This document shows, one piece after another, positions 35,338-45,853 of a stretch of DNA of 64,000 nucleotides. The DNA comes from a virus. Location: positions 1 through 64,000 of the IMG/VR virus record IMGVR_UViG_3300021478_000023. One strand, 5' to 3'. Under the pieces are notes generated by a model. It made no database searches. It was not told the DNA's origin and saw only the letters and a list, made by a program, of their open reading frames with translations. Each line of letters starts with the position of its first letter. Within the stretch, counting starts at the first letter, position 1. The position numbers were made by a program, and so were the translations under genes.

Positions 35338-37617
35338 ATGCCGATGAAACCACGCAAGGGCGAAAGCCAATCGGATTTCACCGCGCGATGCGTGCCTGAA
35401 ATGATGGGCGACGGCAAGCGCGAACAGGACCAAGCGGTTGCAGCGTGCCTCGATATCTGGCGCAACAGAGACAAGGAACACACCATGCCCAAGACGCTCA
35501 CTCGCGACGGCGACAACGGCGACATGCCAGATCCCGACGATTACGATGATTACGATGAGTTTCTACCTGACTGCATGGACGCCGGTTTCGATGAGGACGC
35601 TTGTCGCTCGGCCTATCGCGGCGAGCGCGCGGCGGACGGCATCGTGCACAAGACGCACGCTGGCGACATCAACGGCAGCGAATATGTGTTGAGCGATGAG
35701 ACGCCGGATCGCATGGGCGACATCATCGAGTCTGCCGGTTGGGATTTGCGGTCGTTCAAGAGCAACCCCATAGCTTTGTTTGGTCACAAGTCTGATTTTC
35801 CGATTGGCCGTTGGCGCAACGTCGGCGTCAACAAGGAAAAGCAATTGCGCGGGCACTTGGAACTGGCGCCGAAAGGCACAAGTCCGCGCATCGATGAGAT
35901 ACGTGCGCTGGTTGATGCGGGAATCCTGCGCGCGGTTTCGGTCGGCTTCAAGCCGCTCGACGCTACCCCGCTCAATGCTAAAGACCCATTCGGCGGACAG
36001 CGTTTCTCTAAGCAAGAGCTAGTCGAGTGCAGCTTGGTAGCAGTACCAGCAAACCCGAACGCTTTGTCCGTCGCCAAGTCTTTAAAGATCTCCGATGACA
36101 CGCAAAGTCTCGTTTTCGCCAAGCATGGCAAGGGAAACGGAACCGTCCAGCGTGCCGTCGTTCACGGCAAGCCTGCCACACGCACTCCTGATGGAAAGAA
36201 AACCATCATGACTCCCCTCACGCAGCGCATCACCGATGCGCAAGCCCGCATCGTCGCCCTCAAGGCGGCGCTCGGCGAGCACTTGGGTAGCATCGATGAC
36301 TCCAACGTCACCGATGAGCAAATGAATCAGACGACCGAATTCAACAACAAGATCGTGCAAGAGGAACGCACGCTCGCGATGTTGGTGGAGTCGGAGAAGC
36401 ACATTGCGGCTGCGACCGCCGCCGAGCACGGCACGAATGGCGGCGGCACGACAATCGTTACGCGCGACAACCGCACCGGCATGGCCAACGCGCGGCCATT
36501 CAGCATGCCGCAAAAGAAATTCGACCCGCTCGACGTTCTGGTGCGCGGCTGCACGGTGCAAATGTTTAGCCACATCCGCAAAACCAACATCGAAGATACG
36601 CGGGCGTGGCTGGCCGCCAACGGCAACCCGACATACAACGACGACTACACCAGGGCGTATGTCGAGTGGCACACCAAGGCCGCGAGCGCGCCTGCGATGA
36701 CGACGGTCACTGGTTGGGCCGCCGAGTTAGTGCAAACGGTCTACGCCGCGTTCATGGAATCGCTGTTCCCGAAATCGGTCTATCCGCGCCTTGCGGCCAA
36801 GGGACTCGATCTTTCGTTTGGTCGCGCTGGCAAGATCAGCATTCCTACGCGTGCTCTCACACCGACAATCGCCGGTTCGTTTGTTGGTGAAGGCGCGCCG
36901 ATTCCTGTTCGTCAGGGTGCATTCACCGCGCAAGTCCTGACGCCAAAGAAAATGGCCGTGATAACTACTTGGACCAGGGAAATGGACGAGCATTCCGTTC
37001 CCGCCATCGAGGGATTGCTGCGTCAAGCAATCCAAGACGACACCGCTATCGCGATTGATAGCGTGCTACTCGACAGCAACCCGGCGACCGCCGTGCGGCC
37101 CGCTGGCATTCTTAACGGTGTCACGCCTCTGACCGCGACTGCGGGCGGCGGCTTCAACGCACTTGTTGGTGACATCAAGCAATTGTCGGGTGCGTTGCTC
37201 ACCGCGACGCGCGGCAACGTGCGTTCACCGGCTTGGATCATGAATCCGCAGCAAGTTATGAGTGCTGGACTCACACCGGCACCGGCATCCGGCGTATTTC
37301 CGTTTGATACGTCGGACGGACGGCTCAATACATGGCCGATCATCGACTCGGGGACCGTGCCTATGGGCACGATCATCGCAATGGACGCCGCTGACTTTGT
37401 TGGTGCGGGCGAAAACCCGCGCTTCGAAATCAGCGATCAGGCGACGCTTCACTTTGACGACACCGCCCCGCTCGATATCGTGGCTGGCGGCACGGCTTCG
37501 ACTCCGGTCAAGTCACTGTGGCAGACCGATAGCATCGGCCTGCGGCTGATCCTGCCGCTCAATTGGCTCAACCGTCGCCCCGGCACGGTTGCCGCGATTG
37601 TCGGCGTGACTTGGTAA
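35338..37617 (+). CDS. HK97-type prohead protease (S78) - major capsid protein fusion
   Basis: DRMGDII...NPIALFGH...AVSVGF...ECSLVAVPANP; coiled-coil delta region; capsid FVGEGAPIPV...SLWQTDSIGLR. Confidence 0.93.
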   Translation: MPMKPRKGESQSDFTARCVPEMMGDGKREQDQAVAACLDIWRNRDKEHTMPKTLTRDGDNGDMPDPDDYDDYDEFLPDCMDAGFDEDACRSAYRGERAADGIVHKTHAGDINGSEYVLSDETPDRMGDIIESAGWDLRSFKSNPIALFGHKSDFPIGRWRNVGVNKEKQLRGHLELAPKGTSPRIDEIRALVDAGILRAVSVGFKPLDATPLNAKDPFGGQRFSKQELVECSLVAVPANPNALSVAKSLKISDDTQSLVFAKHGKGNGTVQRAVVHGKPATRTPDGKKTIMTPLTQRITDAQARIVALKAALGEHLGSIDDSNVTDEQMNQTTEFNNKIVQEERTLAMLVESEKHIAAATAAEHGTNGGGTTIVTRDNRTGMANARPFSMPQKKFDPLDVLVRGCTVQMFSHIRKTNIEDTRAWLAANGNPTYNDDYTRAYVEWHTKAASAPAMTTVTGWAAELVQTVYAAFMESLFPKSVYPRLAAKGLDLSFGRAGKISIPTRALTPTIAGSFVGEGAPIPVRQGAFTAQVLTPKKMAVITTWTREMDEHSVPAIEGLLRQAIQDDTAIAIDSVLLDSNPATAVRPAGILNGVTPLTATAGGGFNALVGDIKQLSGALLTATRGNVRSPAWIMNPQQVMSAGLTPAPASGVFPFDTSDGRLNTWPIIDSGTVPMGTIIAMDAADFVGAGENPRFEISDQATLHFDDTAPLDIVAGGTASTPVKSLWQTDSIGLRLILPLNWLNRRPGTVAAIVGVTW

Positions 37618-37653
37618 CTCTTGGACACCTTGCGCGTTAGTTAGGTGTGACTG

Positions 37654-37682
37654 CCGTGCGGCTCCCGAGGCCGCACGGTTTC
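37654..37682 (+). terminator. hairpin after the capsid gene (weak terminator)
   Basis: CCGTGCGGC-N7-GCCGCACGG followed by TTT. Confidence 0.5.
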
Positions 37683-37703
37683 CCTCAAACCCGGAGTTAT
37701 CCA

Positions 37704-38018
37704 ATGCCCGAAAGTGGACCACACACGACGCAGCACGCGGCGCAAGCCGCTGGTCAGGCAGACCCGAACGCCGCCAGGAATGCGGCGGCGCAACAAGAAA
37801 ACGCAAAGGCGCGCATCGAAGCCGCCAAAAAGGACAACGATGCTCGCGTCAAGTTGCAGACCGAGCAACGTGAGAAGTTGGCAAAGTCGCATCCGACGCC
37901 AACGCAAGAGGAAAACGACCGCGCCGTGCTCGGCGATCACATTAAAGAGCACGAAGATGACGGCAGCGGTCCAGATCCGAACGATCCGCTCGCCGTAGAG
38001 CGCGCCAAGAAAAAGTAA
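37704..38018 (+). CDS. PTPTQEEND-motif protein 1
   Basis: GGAG RBS; HPTPTQEENDRAVLGDHIKEHEDDGS. Confidence 0.75.
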   Translation: MPESGPHTTQHAAQAAGQADPNAARNAAAQQENAKARIEAAKKDNDARVKLQTEQREKLAKSHPTPTQEENDRAVLGDHIKEHEDDGSGPDPNDPLAVERAKKK

Positions 38019-38110
38019 CGAACGCACAGCCTGTTGAGAAGGCTAACGCAGAAGGGCTCGCCCACAAGCCAATGCCGAGGGCGAGCCCGCCCATTTCACA
38101 GGAGTCACCA

Positions 38111-38407
38111 ATGCCTGATCCTAAAGCGGTCGATCCTAGCTCTTGGTCGCCAACCCCGACGCAAGAGGAAAACGATCTCGCCGCGTCCGGTCTACACGTC
38201 GATCATAAAGAGGATGACGGCAGTCCTGTTGATGAGAACATCCATCCGCCAGGACTTGAGGAAAGCAAAAAGAAAAAACAGGTGCAAGCCGATCAACCGA
38301 CGCGCGGCGGCTACCAAACACGACAGGTCAGACCAGAACAACCAAGAACACCGGCAACCCCTTCACACCCGCCACCGCTCTCACATCCACACTCCGACGA
38401 TAAATGA
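38111..38407 (+). CDS. PTPTQEEND-motif protein 2
   Basis: AGGAG RBS; SPTPTQEENDLAASGLHVDHKEDDGS. Confidence 0.75.
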   Translation: MPDPKAVDPSSWSPTPTQEENDLAASGLHVDHKEDDGSPVDENIHPPGLEESKKKKQVQADQPTRGGYQTRQVRPEQPRTPATPSHPPPLSHPHSDDK

Positions 38408-39900
38408 ACCGCTTGCTGGCGAAAATCGCAGCCCCTTTCATCCGCAAAAGTTTGGTTGGTCAGGATGAGGGGGGCTATCGCCCTGGCCCGTGGCAACTGC
38501 CGGTTTCTGGCGGTTGGCTTCCGGTCGGGGTTGGCGAATATGTCAATTGGTGGCAGCTTGGCTTTGATCCGGTTTACGGATCAAGCAACTCTGCAATTGT
38601 TGAAGCATGCGTGTCGGCCTACGCGCAGACCGTGGCCATGTGCCCTGGCGATCATTGGAAATCCAACGACAAGGGCGGACGCACGCGCATCACCAACTCG
38701 GCGCTATCTCGCATTCTGCGCTATCCGAACGACTATCAATCGATCTCCGATTTCATGATGAATTTGACGCGCAACCTGTACCTAACAGGCAACGCGTATG
38801 CGCTGGCGCTGCGCAACGACCGTTTCGAGATTGACGAATTGCACCCGATGGACCCGGACATATCGCGCCCGATGGTCGCGAGCACGGGCGACGTGTTCTA
38901 TCAACTCGGCGGCAACGACGTTATCCAAAACCGGCTAACCGGATCATCGAACCAGATTTTGACTGCGGTGCCGATGCGCGACGTGCTGCACATTCGGCTC
39001 AACACGCAACGGCAATGGCCGCGCCCGTTGCTAGGTCAATCGCCGCTTGAAGCCGCGATGCAAGACATCGGCCTTGGCTCGGCAATCACCGCACAGCAAA
39101 TGCGGTTCTATCAAAACGAGGCGCGGCCATCCGCCGTGCTCTCGACCGATTTGGTGCTCGACAAGGAACAAGTCGCGCAACTACGCGACCGATGGGATGA
39201 ACAATCCAAGGGCTTGCGCCAGGGCGGCACACCGATCCTGACCGCAGGATTGAAGGTGCAGCCGTGGGGCGTTAGCGGCGGCAAAGAGTCAGCGATTGCC
39301 GATATCGCCAAGATGAGCAAGGAAAACATCGCGCTCGCATTCCGCGTTCCATTGCAGATCCTTGGCATCGGCGGCACACCGTTTTCGTCAACCGAGTTGT
39401 TGATGCAGTCGTGGATCGCATCGGGGCTCGGTTTTTGTTTGAACCATATCGAGGAAGCATTCGGCTTCCTCTACAATTGCAAGGGCCAGCCGGACGAATA
39501 CGTTGAGTTTAGCACCGACGCGTTGCTGCGCTCGGCCTACAGCGTTCGTATTGAAGGGTTGGCCCGTGGCGTGCAGGGCGGCATCTATTCGCCGAACGAA
39601 GCGCGCAACATGGAAGGGCTTGACGACGTTAAGTTTGGTGATGAGCCGCGCGTTCAACAACAAGTAGTCCCGCTTTCCGCAGCGGCGCAAATCCAAGCAC
39701 AAGCGCCCGGATCAACCGGACCAAAGCCGCCATCCGCACCTGGGCCGGATGCGCCACCCGCGCCGCCATCCGCAGCATCCGCCGAAGCGCCGAAAGCGCC
39801 AGCGCCGAAAGAGCCGAAAGGCAACCCCGATGACATCAAACGGGAAGCACGAAAACTTTTCGCAGCCGTTGAGCGAGCCGGACGGCGATATTCTCAGTGA
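38404..39900 (+). CDS. HK97-family portal protein
   Basis: YPNDYQ...GNAY...DVLHIR...GQSPL...IALAFRVP...SPNEARNMEGL. Confidence 0.93.
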   Translation: MNRLLAKIAAPFIRKSLVGQDEGGYRPGPWQLPVSGGWLPVGVGEYVNWWQLGFDPVYGSSNSAIVEACVSAYAQTVAMCPGDHWKSNDKGGRTRITNSALSRILRYPNDYQSISDFMMNLTRNLYLTGNAYALALRNDRFEIDELHPMDPDISRPMVASTGDVFYQLGGNDVIQNRLTGSSNQILTAVPMRDVLHIRLNTQRQWPRPLLGQSPLEAAMQDIGLGSAITAQQMRFYQNEARPSAVLSTDLVLDKEQVAQLRDRWDEQSKGLRQGGTPILTAGLKVQPWGVSGGKESAIADIAKMSKENIALAFRVPLQILGIGGTPFSSTELLMQSWIASGLGFCLNHIEEAFGFLYNCKGQPDEYVEFSTDALLRSAYSVRIEGLARGVQGGIYSPNEARNMEGLDDVKFGDEPRVQQQVVPLSAAAQIQAQAPGSTGPKPPSAPGPDAPPAPPSAASAEAPKAPAPKEPKGNPDDIKREARKLFAAVERAGRRYSQ

Positions 39901-41383
39901 AGTTGTCCGCGAAGTTCTCGCCGATGTTATCGCCGCTGAAAAAAATCAATGGCAGCGCGAGCGTGCGCTGATCGAAGCGCAAGCGGCGCAAGCTATCGCC
40001 GAGTTTCGTGGCCAGCTAATCGAAACGCGCGATGAATTGAATCGCATGGTCGCGAACACGGTTGCTGACCTACAAGCGAATTTCGCGGCGAGACTGCGCG
40101 AGCTACGCAACGGAGATCCCGGCGAGCCGGGACCGCCAGGGCAGCAAGGCGCACCGGGACCGATAGGCGAACGTGGTGCACCGGGCGAGCGCGGAGATCC
40201 GGGCGTGCCTGGGCGCGACGGCACACCGGGCGAGCCGGGACCGATAGGCCAGCAAGGTCCGCCCGGCGACACCCGCATGTTTGAATCCGAGGCGCGGACA
40301 ACGATGGCGGAAATGCGCGCCGACGTGATGACGCTGCGCAGCCAAGTCAACGAAACGGTCGAGCGGCGGCTGGCCAGTCTGCGCGACGGCAAGGATGGGG
40401 CACCGGGCGCACCTGGGGCGCGCGGCGATCCTGGGCCGCAGGGCGAGCGCGGAGATCGCGGCGAGCGCGGGTCACTCGGCTTGCGCGGCGAGCGTGGCCT
40501 ACCGGGCGAGCCGGGTCCGGCAGGCATGCAGGGCGCACCGGGCGAGCGCGGCGAGGCCGGGCCGCAGGGTGAGCAAGGGCTACCCGGCGAAATCGGTCCA
40601 GCGGGTCCGCAGGGCGAGCGCGGTATGGCCGGATTGATGGGCAACCCTGGCAACGACGGCGCACCGGGCGAGCGCGGCGAGCGCGGAGATCCGGGCGAGG
40701 TTGGCCCGCAAGGTGAGCGCGGCGAGGTTGGGATTGCGGGCGCCGAGGGCTTGCGCGGCGAGCCCGGCGAGCAAGGAATTCCCGGCGAGCGCGGCGAGGT
40801 TGGGCCGCAGGGACTCGTCGGCAAGGATGGACTACCGGGCGAACCGGGTCCGCGCGGCGAGCGCGGCGAAATTGGCCCGCCCGGCAGGCTTCCGGTCGTG
40901 AAGGCGTACCGCCCCGGCGCGGTGCACTATGAGGCCGACGTTGTGACGCTCGGCGGCTGCACCTATCAGGCAATCCGCGACACCGCGAGCGCGCCGCCCG
41001 ATGAGGATTGGATTTGCTTGGCGAGCGCTGGCATCGATGCGATCTCGCCAACCGTGCGCAGCACATGGCTCGCGACCGAGACATATTCCAAACTCGATAT
41101 CGTTGCGCTCGACGGATCTAGCTTCATTGCGCGCAAGGATAATCCCGGCCCGTGTCCCGGTGACGATTGGCAGATGATCGTCGGACGTGGGCGACCGGGC
41201 AAGCAAGGCGAGCGCGGCACCAAGGGTGATCGCGGCGAGCCCGGCGAACCGGGCGCAATAATCCTGGCGTGGAAAATCGACCGCGAGAACTACACCATCA
41301 CGCCGATGATGTCGGACGGCACGAAAGCGTTGCCGATCAACATGCGCGAGTTGTTTGAGCAATTCCAAGCCGAGGCGCGTTGA
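39830..41383 (+). CDS. collagen-like (GXY) virion protein
   Basis: long GER/GEP/GPQ repeats; C-terminal repeated Y..DVV..GG domains. Confidence 0.85.
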   Translation: MTSNGKHENFSQPLSEPDGDILSEVVREVLADVIAAEKNQWQRERALIEAQAAQAIAEFRGQLIETRDELNRMVANTVADLQANFAARLRELRNGDPGEPGPPGQQGAPGPIGERGAPGERGDPGVPGRDGTPGEPGPIGQQGPPGDTRMFESEARTTMAEMRADVMTLRSQVNETVERRLASLRDGKDGAPGAPGARGDPGPQGERGDRGERGSLGLRGERGLPGEPGPAGMQGAPGERGEAGPQGEQGLPGEIGPAGPQGERGMAGLMGNPGNDGAPGERGERGDPGEVGPQGERGEVGIAGAEGLRGEPGEQGIPGERGEVGPQGLVGKDGLPGEPGPRGERGEIGPPGRLPVVKAYRPGAVHYEADVVTLGGCTYQAIRDTASAPPDEDWICLASAGIDAISPTVRSTWLATETYSKLDIVALDGSSFIARKDNPGPCPGDDWQMIVGRGRPGKQGERGTKGDRGEPGEPGAIILAWKIDRENYTITPMMSDGTKALPINMRELFEQFQAEAR

Positions 41384-42030
41384 TGGACTCGACTATCAAA
41401 ATCATCACGCCAGCAACGTCATTCGATTTGATGTCACTGGACGACATGAAAATTGTGCTCGGCATTCCGCCAGCCGACACGACGCAGGATGCGGTCATTC
41501 AAAGTCAGATCACGATGATGTCGGACGTGATCGCGACAGAATGCAATCGCAGTCCCCTCGATAGTCATAGTTGGGCGAAAGAGAAAGTGCAGGAGACAAT
41601 TCGCGACTTGGATTCACGGCGCGTCTATCTCTCGCACTGGCCAGTGAAAGAGGACGATATCGAAACGGTCGAATGCCCGATTGGCACGCCTTATCCTGAT
41701 GGCGGTTGGGAACTAGAGGAAACATCCGGCAAGTTGAGTTTGTATGCTGGTCAACCCGAACCGATCAGCGTGATCTATACGGGCGGCTATGACTTGCCGG
41801 ACGGAGCGCCGCCAGCGTTGCGGGCAGCTTGTGAGATCATGGTTCGCAGCTATCGAATGTGGGAACAGCGGCAAGCAACGGCTGGCATCCGGTCCATATC
41901 CCACAAGGAAGCGCGCGTGATGTTCTTCGATCCTAACGTGATGCTCAAACAAACAGGATCGACTCCGCTTGCGACGGCGGGGCAGACCGTCAAGGATTTG
42001 CTCTACCATTACATGCGGTTTTGGGTGTGA
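41383..42030 (+). CDS. head-tail adaptor (gp6/gp15-like)
   Basis: LMSLDDMKIVLGI...VIYTGGY...PPALRAAC; position. Confidence 0.8.
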   Translation: MDSTIKIITPATSFDLMSLDDMKIVLGIPPADTTQDAVIQSQITMMSDVIATECNRSPLDSHSWAKEKVQETIRDLDSRRVYLSHWPVKEDDIETVECPIGTPYPDGGWELEETSGKLSLYAGQPEPISVIYTGGYDLPDGAPPALRAACEIMVRSYRMWEQRQATAGIRSISHKEARVMFFDPNVMLKQTGSTPLATAGQTVKDLLYHYMRFWV

Positions 42031-42416
42031 TGCCGTTCACCGTCGATTTCGATGGCATGGGAAACGTCACGGCCACGCTCGACGGCATGGCCGACAAGAT
42101 CAGCAAACTCGGTAAAGAGGAAATGGCCAAGGAACTAACCGAGTGGCAGCGGGACGACATGAAGCGGACCTACCCGAACACCAAGCAAGAGGACGAAAAG
42201 ACGGTGATGACGGAGATTTGGCCGCGCTCGCGAGTTTCCGAGGGGCACAAACCAAACACCACTGGCGCAAGCGCGAAGCGCGTTCGCGTGTACGCGCCGC
42301 CGCGCGGCGGCCAGCGAGTGACAGCGAGCACGCGTCCAATCTTGCGCAGCGAGTTGTTCGCCAAACTTTGCGACCGAATGTCCGAGTTGTTGAACCGCGT
42401 GTTGAAATGGCACTGA
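42030..42416 (+). CDS. putative neck protein
   Basis: TGATG coupling; position. Confidence 0.6.
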   Translation: MPFTVDFDGMGNVTATLDGMADKISKLGKEEMAKELTEWQRDDMKRTYPNTKQEDEKTVMTEIWPRSRVSEGHKPNTTGASAKRVRVYAPPRGGQRVTASTRPILRSELFAKLCDRMSELLNRVLKWH

Positions 42417-42417
42417 C

Positions 42418-42777
42418 ATGGCAAACCAAGGCATAAATTTTTCTGCGTTGGTCTACGGGTCATGTATGGACACGTTCGCCATTGACGTGACGTTCATGAC
42501 GACGCTCAACGGCACATTCATCAATCGCGGGATCTTCACGACGCGCGAGTTGAACGTGCTGGCGGAAAACAATTCGATCTATTCAGATCAACAAACGATC
42601 CTCGATATTCGTGAATCAGAATTTCCGATCATGCCGGTGCAGGGCGATCATGTGATGATCGACAAGGATTGCAACGGTGCGTACCGGGGCGAATTCGTGA
42701 TCGTTGACTCGTCCGACAACGGCGGCGGCGAGACGACGCTGACCTTGCGCAAGCTGGAAAACCTCATCGGACAATGA
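42418..42777 (+). CDS. head-tail joining protein (FII-like)
   Basis: RGIF...PVQGDHV...DNGGGETTLTL. Confidence 0.7.
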   Translation: MANQGINFSALVYGSCMDTFAIDVTFMTTLNGTFINRGIFTTRELNVLAENNSIYSDQQTILDIRESEFPIMPVQGDHVMIDKDCNGAYRGEFVIVDSSDNGGGETTLTLRKLENLIGQ

Positions 42778-43463
42778 ACAAGCAAATCAAAATCACCGAC
42801 TATCAAAGCTATTCGTTGGTGATACGCGATGTGTTTTTCTATGCGCTCAAGACCGATCCGTTTTTTGCGAACTACAAGTGCCGCCGAACGCCGATGAACG
42901 TGGTGCAGATTGAGCACCTACCGTATCTCGGGGTCTACATCACCGATGAGACGATGTTGCCGGACGGCGACGCGAATGCTCACCCGCCCGGTTTCATCCA
43001 CACGTTGAAAGTCGCTTTTTCGGTGATCGTCGCGCACAACGATCAGGACTTGGCAGAGGCAACGATTGATGCGGCATGGTGGCGGATCATGCACCGCATC
43101 CTGGCCGACAAGAAGATCATGAACGTCTACTTTAGCAGCAACCCGGACAACACGCTGATTGAAGGGATAACGCGCGGCACGCGTCGGCATGTGTTTGGTG
43201 CCACTGGCCACAACCAACAGACACCGACTGCGGAGCTACGCTACGAAATGTCGGTTACGTTCCGCACGACATGGCCGCCGATCATCACCGATGACTTGTT
43301 GATGATCGACGTTGTTACCGGCGTCAAGATTGGCGACGCCGCCGACGCTATGGCGCAGCGATACCAAGCCCACATGCGCTACTTGTTTGATCCAAGCCCG
43401 CCAGAAATAGATGATCTCGCAGGACAAGACATGCAACCAAGAAAGGATGACGACGATGCCTGA
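42774..43463 (+). CDS. putative tail terminator/completion protein
   Basis: LPYLGVYITDE motif; position before the sheath. Confidence 0.65.
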   Translation: MNKQIKITDYQSYSLVIRDVFFYALKTDPFFANYKCRRTPMNVVQIEHLPYLGVYITDETMLPDGDANAHPPGFIHTLKVAFSVIVAHNDQDLAEATIDAAWWRIMHRILADKKIMNVYFSSNPDNTLIEGITRGTRRHVFGATGHNQQTPTAELRYEMSVTFRTTWPPIITDDLLMIDVVTGVKIGDAADAMAQRYQAHMRYLFDPSPPEIDDLAGQDMQPRKDDDDA

Positions 43464-43806
43464 TCTAATCCGATCAAGCCCGAAGCGCGACCAGACGCCA
43501 GCGACGCCGAACGAAAACCCGCGCAACAAGCAACAGGCGCGGCGGATGAAGATTCTCCAAGACGTGCGCGACAAGCACGGCAGCATCCGCGTTGTGCCGA
43601 ACGAGAAATATCGCGCCGTGCTGTTTCATCCGAGCACCGGCATGCGCTTCCGCGAGGAAGGCGGCGCGTCGTGGCCGAATGATCGTTTCACGCAACGGCG
43701 ATTGCGCGATGGCAGCGTGCGGCTGGAACCCAAGAAAGAGGACAAGCCGCAACAAGAGGGCAAGCCGGATCGCCGCTCGCCGCAGCCGACTCAATCCTCG
43801 ACCTAA
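43456..43806 (+). CDS. Mu gp38/DUF2635-like tail protein
   Basis: HPSTG...EGGASWPNDRFTQRRLRDGSV. Confidence 0.7.
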   Translation: MPDLIRSSPKRDQTPATPNENPRNKQQARRMKILQDVRDKHGSIRVVPNEKYRAVLFHPSTGMRFREEGGASWPNDRFTQRRLRDGSVRLEPKKEDKPQQEGKPDRRSPQPTQSST

Positions 43807-43828
43807 CATTCCTAAACGAACTACCGGC

Positions 43829-43936
43829 TGAGAGTCGAAACGACTCTCACCCGCCTAAGCCGATGGCTTGGCGGACGATGAGTCACGTCCAAGCATCCCC
43901 CGCAACCCCCGCCTACCGCTGATCGTGGTTATCAGC
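43829..43936 (+). promoter_or_regulatory. multi-hairpin leader upstream of the sheath gene
   Basis: stems 43829-37/43841-49, 43851-61/43865-74, 43873-77/43886-90, 43918-23/43931-36. Confidence 0.5.
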
Positions 43937-43950
43937 AACAGGAGCGACCC

Positions 43951-45777
43951 ATGCCCGTGTCATTCGCCCAAATTCCTCAGAACATTAAGGTTCCTTTGTA
44001 TTGGGTTGAGATAGACCCATCGATGGCCGGGCTCCCCTCAATCAACTTGAGGGCGCTTTTGTTTGGAACGATGCTCGGGCCGATCAACACTGTTGATACA
44101 GCGGTCGCCGCTGTTCCCGGCACCGGGTATCTTGTTGGTGATACGATTCAGTTAGACAACGGCGTTGAGCTACGCGTAGCGACGGTCGCGGGGGCTGACG
44201 GTGTTGGAACGGTTGATATCATCGATGGTGGCAGCGCGGTCACGCCGCCGACTGGCGCGCAACCGCAGATCTCTACCAGCGGCGACGGCATCAACGCCAC
44301 GTTCACGCTGACATGGCTCAACACTCCTGGCGGCGGCACGGCGGTTCCTGACGTTCCGACTCCGATTGGTTCGCAAGCGCAAGCCGATCAGGCATTCGGT
44401 CAGGGCTCCGAGTTGAGCCGCATGTTCAAGGCGTTTTATTCTAACAATTGGGCCAACGAAGTTTGGGGTTGCGGCCTCAAACAGCCAACCGGCGCAACGG
44501 CGGCGGGCGGATCAATCACCATCACGGCCCCGCCTACGGCAGCGGGAACGATTCATCTTTACATCGGCGGCGAATATGTCCCGGTCAACATTTCGCCGAG
44601 CGACACCGTTGACGATATCGCCGCCGCGATTGTGTCCGAGGTCAACAACCACAACGACGTTGCGGTGATCGCGTCCGGCCCGGTCACGGGCGGCATCGTC
44701 AACTTGACCGCCAATTGGAAAGGCGTCGGCGGCAACGAGATCATGGTGTCGATGAACTACTACGGCGGGCGCGGCGGCGAGCAAACGCCGGTCGGGCTCG
44801 GCATCCTGTTGCCCGCAACGCAATTCCTGACTGGCGGCGTCGGCACGCCGGACATTCAAAACGCCATCCTGAATATGGGCGAGGAACCGTATGAGTACGC
44901 GTGCGTGCCCTGGACCGACAGCGAAACGCTGTTCAACATGGATCAGGAATACGGATTCACCGATCAGGGGCGTTGGGGTTTTGAGCGCCAGCTTTTCGGC
45001 CACGTATTTTCGGCGAAGCGTGGCACCTACCCGGACTTGTTGTTGTTTGGTGAGACGAACAACAGCGGCGTGATCTCGATTATGTCGTTCGAGCACTTGA
45101 GTCCGTCGCCCGCGTTCGAATGGGCAGCTTCCTATTGTGCAAAAGCCCAAAGGGCGCTCATTAACGATCCTGCACGTCCTCTGCAAGCGCTCTCGCTCAA
45201 CAGGATCAAGCTGGCGCCCAAGCACAATCGGTTTGATTTCATCGAGATCAACTCGTTGGCGTCAACCGGCATGGCGATCCAAAAAGCCGGATCAGACAAT
45301 CAACCAATGATTGCTCGGGAACAGACCACATACCAGCTAAACCTCTATGGTCAGACTGACGACGCATACGAATTAGTAACGACCTTGGCGACGCTGGCGA
45401 AGTTGTTGAGGAATCAGCGTCAGGCAATCACCAGCAAGTATCCGCGCCACAAACTTGCTGATGACGGCACGAAGTTTGGTCCGGGTCAGGCAATTGTGAC
45501 CCCGATCATCATCAAGGCCGAACTGATCAATCAGTATCAGCAAGATATGTACGACGGACTTGTTGAAAATCTGCAAGCGTTCAAAGCGCACCTGATCGTT
45601 GAGCGAGATCCAAACGATCCAAACCGGCTCAACACCTTATATCCTCCTGACTTGATCAATCAGTTGCGAATTTTTGCGGTGCTTGCTCAATTCCGACTCC
45701 AGTACGACCGTGGCATCGATCAACTAATAATCGGGCCGAGCACTGGTCCGTTCAACGCGTCGTCGCAAGCGTCGTAA
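43951..45777 (+). CDS. tail sheath protein (Mu gpL-like)
   Basis: MPVSFAQIPQNIKVPLYWVE...FGQGSEL...YPRHKLADDG...PPDLINQLRIFA. Confidence 0.95.
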   Translation: MPVSFAQIPQNIKVPLYWVEIDPSMAGLPSINLRALLFGTMLGPINTVDTAVAAVPGTGYLVGDTIQLDNGVELRVATVAGADGVGTVDIIDGGSAVTPPTGAQPQISTSGDGINATFTLTWLNTPGGGTAVPDVPTPIGSQAQADQAFGQGSELSRMFKAFYSNNWANEVWGCGLKQPTGATAAGGSITITAPPTAAGTIHLYIGGEYVPVNISPSDTVDDIAAAIVSEVNNHNDVAVIASGPVTGGIVNLTANWKGVGGNEIMVSMNYYGGRGGEQTPVGLGILLPATQFLTGGVGTPDIQNAILNMGEEPYEYACVPWTDSETLFNMDQEYGFTDQGRWGFERQLFGHVFSAKRGTYPDLLLFGETNNSGVISIMSFEHLSPSPAFEWAASYCAKAQRALINDPARPLQALSLNRIKLAPKHNRFDFIEINSLASTGMAIQKAGSDNQPMIAREQTTYQLNLYGQTDDAYELVTTLATLAKLLRNQRQAITSKYPRHKLADDGTKFGPGQAIVTPIIIKAELINQYQQDMYDGLVENLQAFKAHLIVERDPNDPNRLNTLYPPDLINQLRIFAVLAQFRLQYDRGIDQLIIGPSTGPFNASSQAS

Positions 45778-45853
45778 CGACCAACAACAATACGGGCGGC
45801 CTTAACCAGCCGCCCGCCACCTATCCGTTCCATCAACAAATAGGAGAGTTACG

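Noticed and set aside
35338-39900. Protease-capsid fusion preceding the portal as a novelty
   Set aside because: This order is known in other HK97-type prophages
39946-41368. Long minus-strand ORFs with PxSP repeats
   Set aside because: Antisense shadows of the collagen GXY codons
43827-43890. Possible hammerhead ribozyme (CTGA...GAAA)
   Set aside because: Core CUGANGA is absent and GAAA lies in a simple hairpin loop
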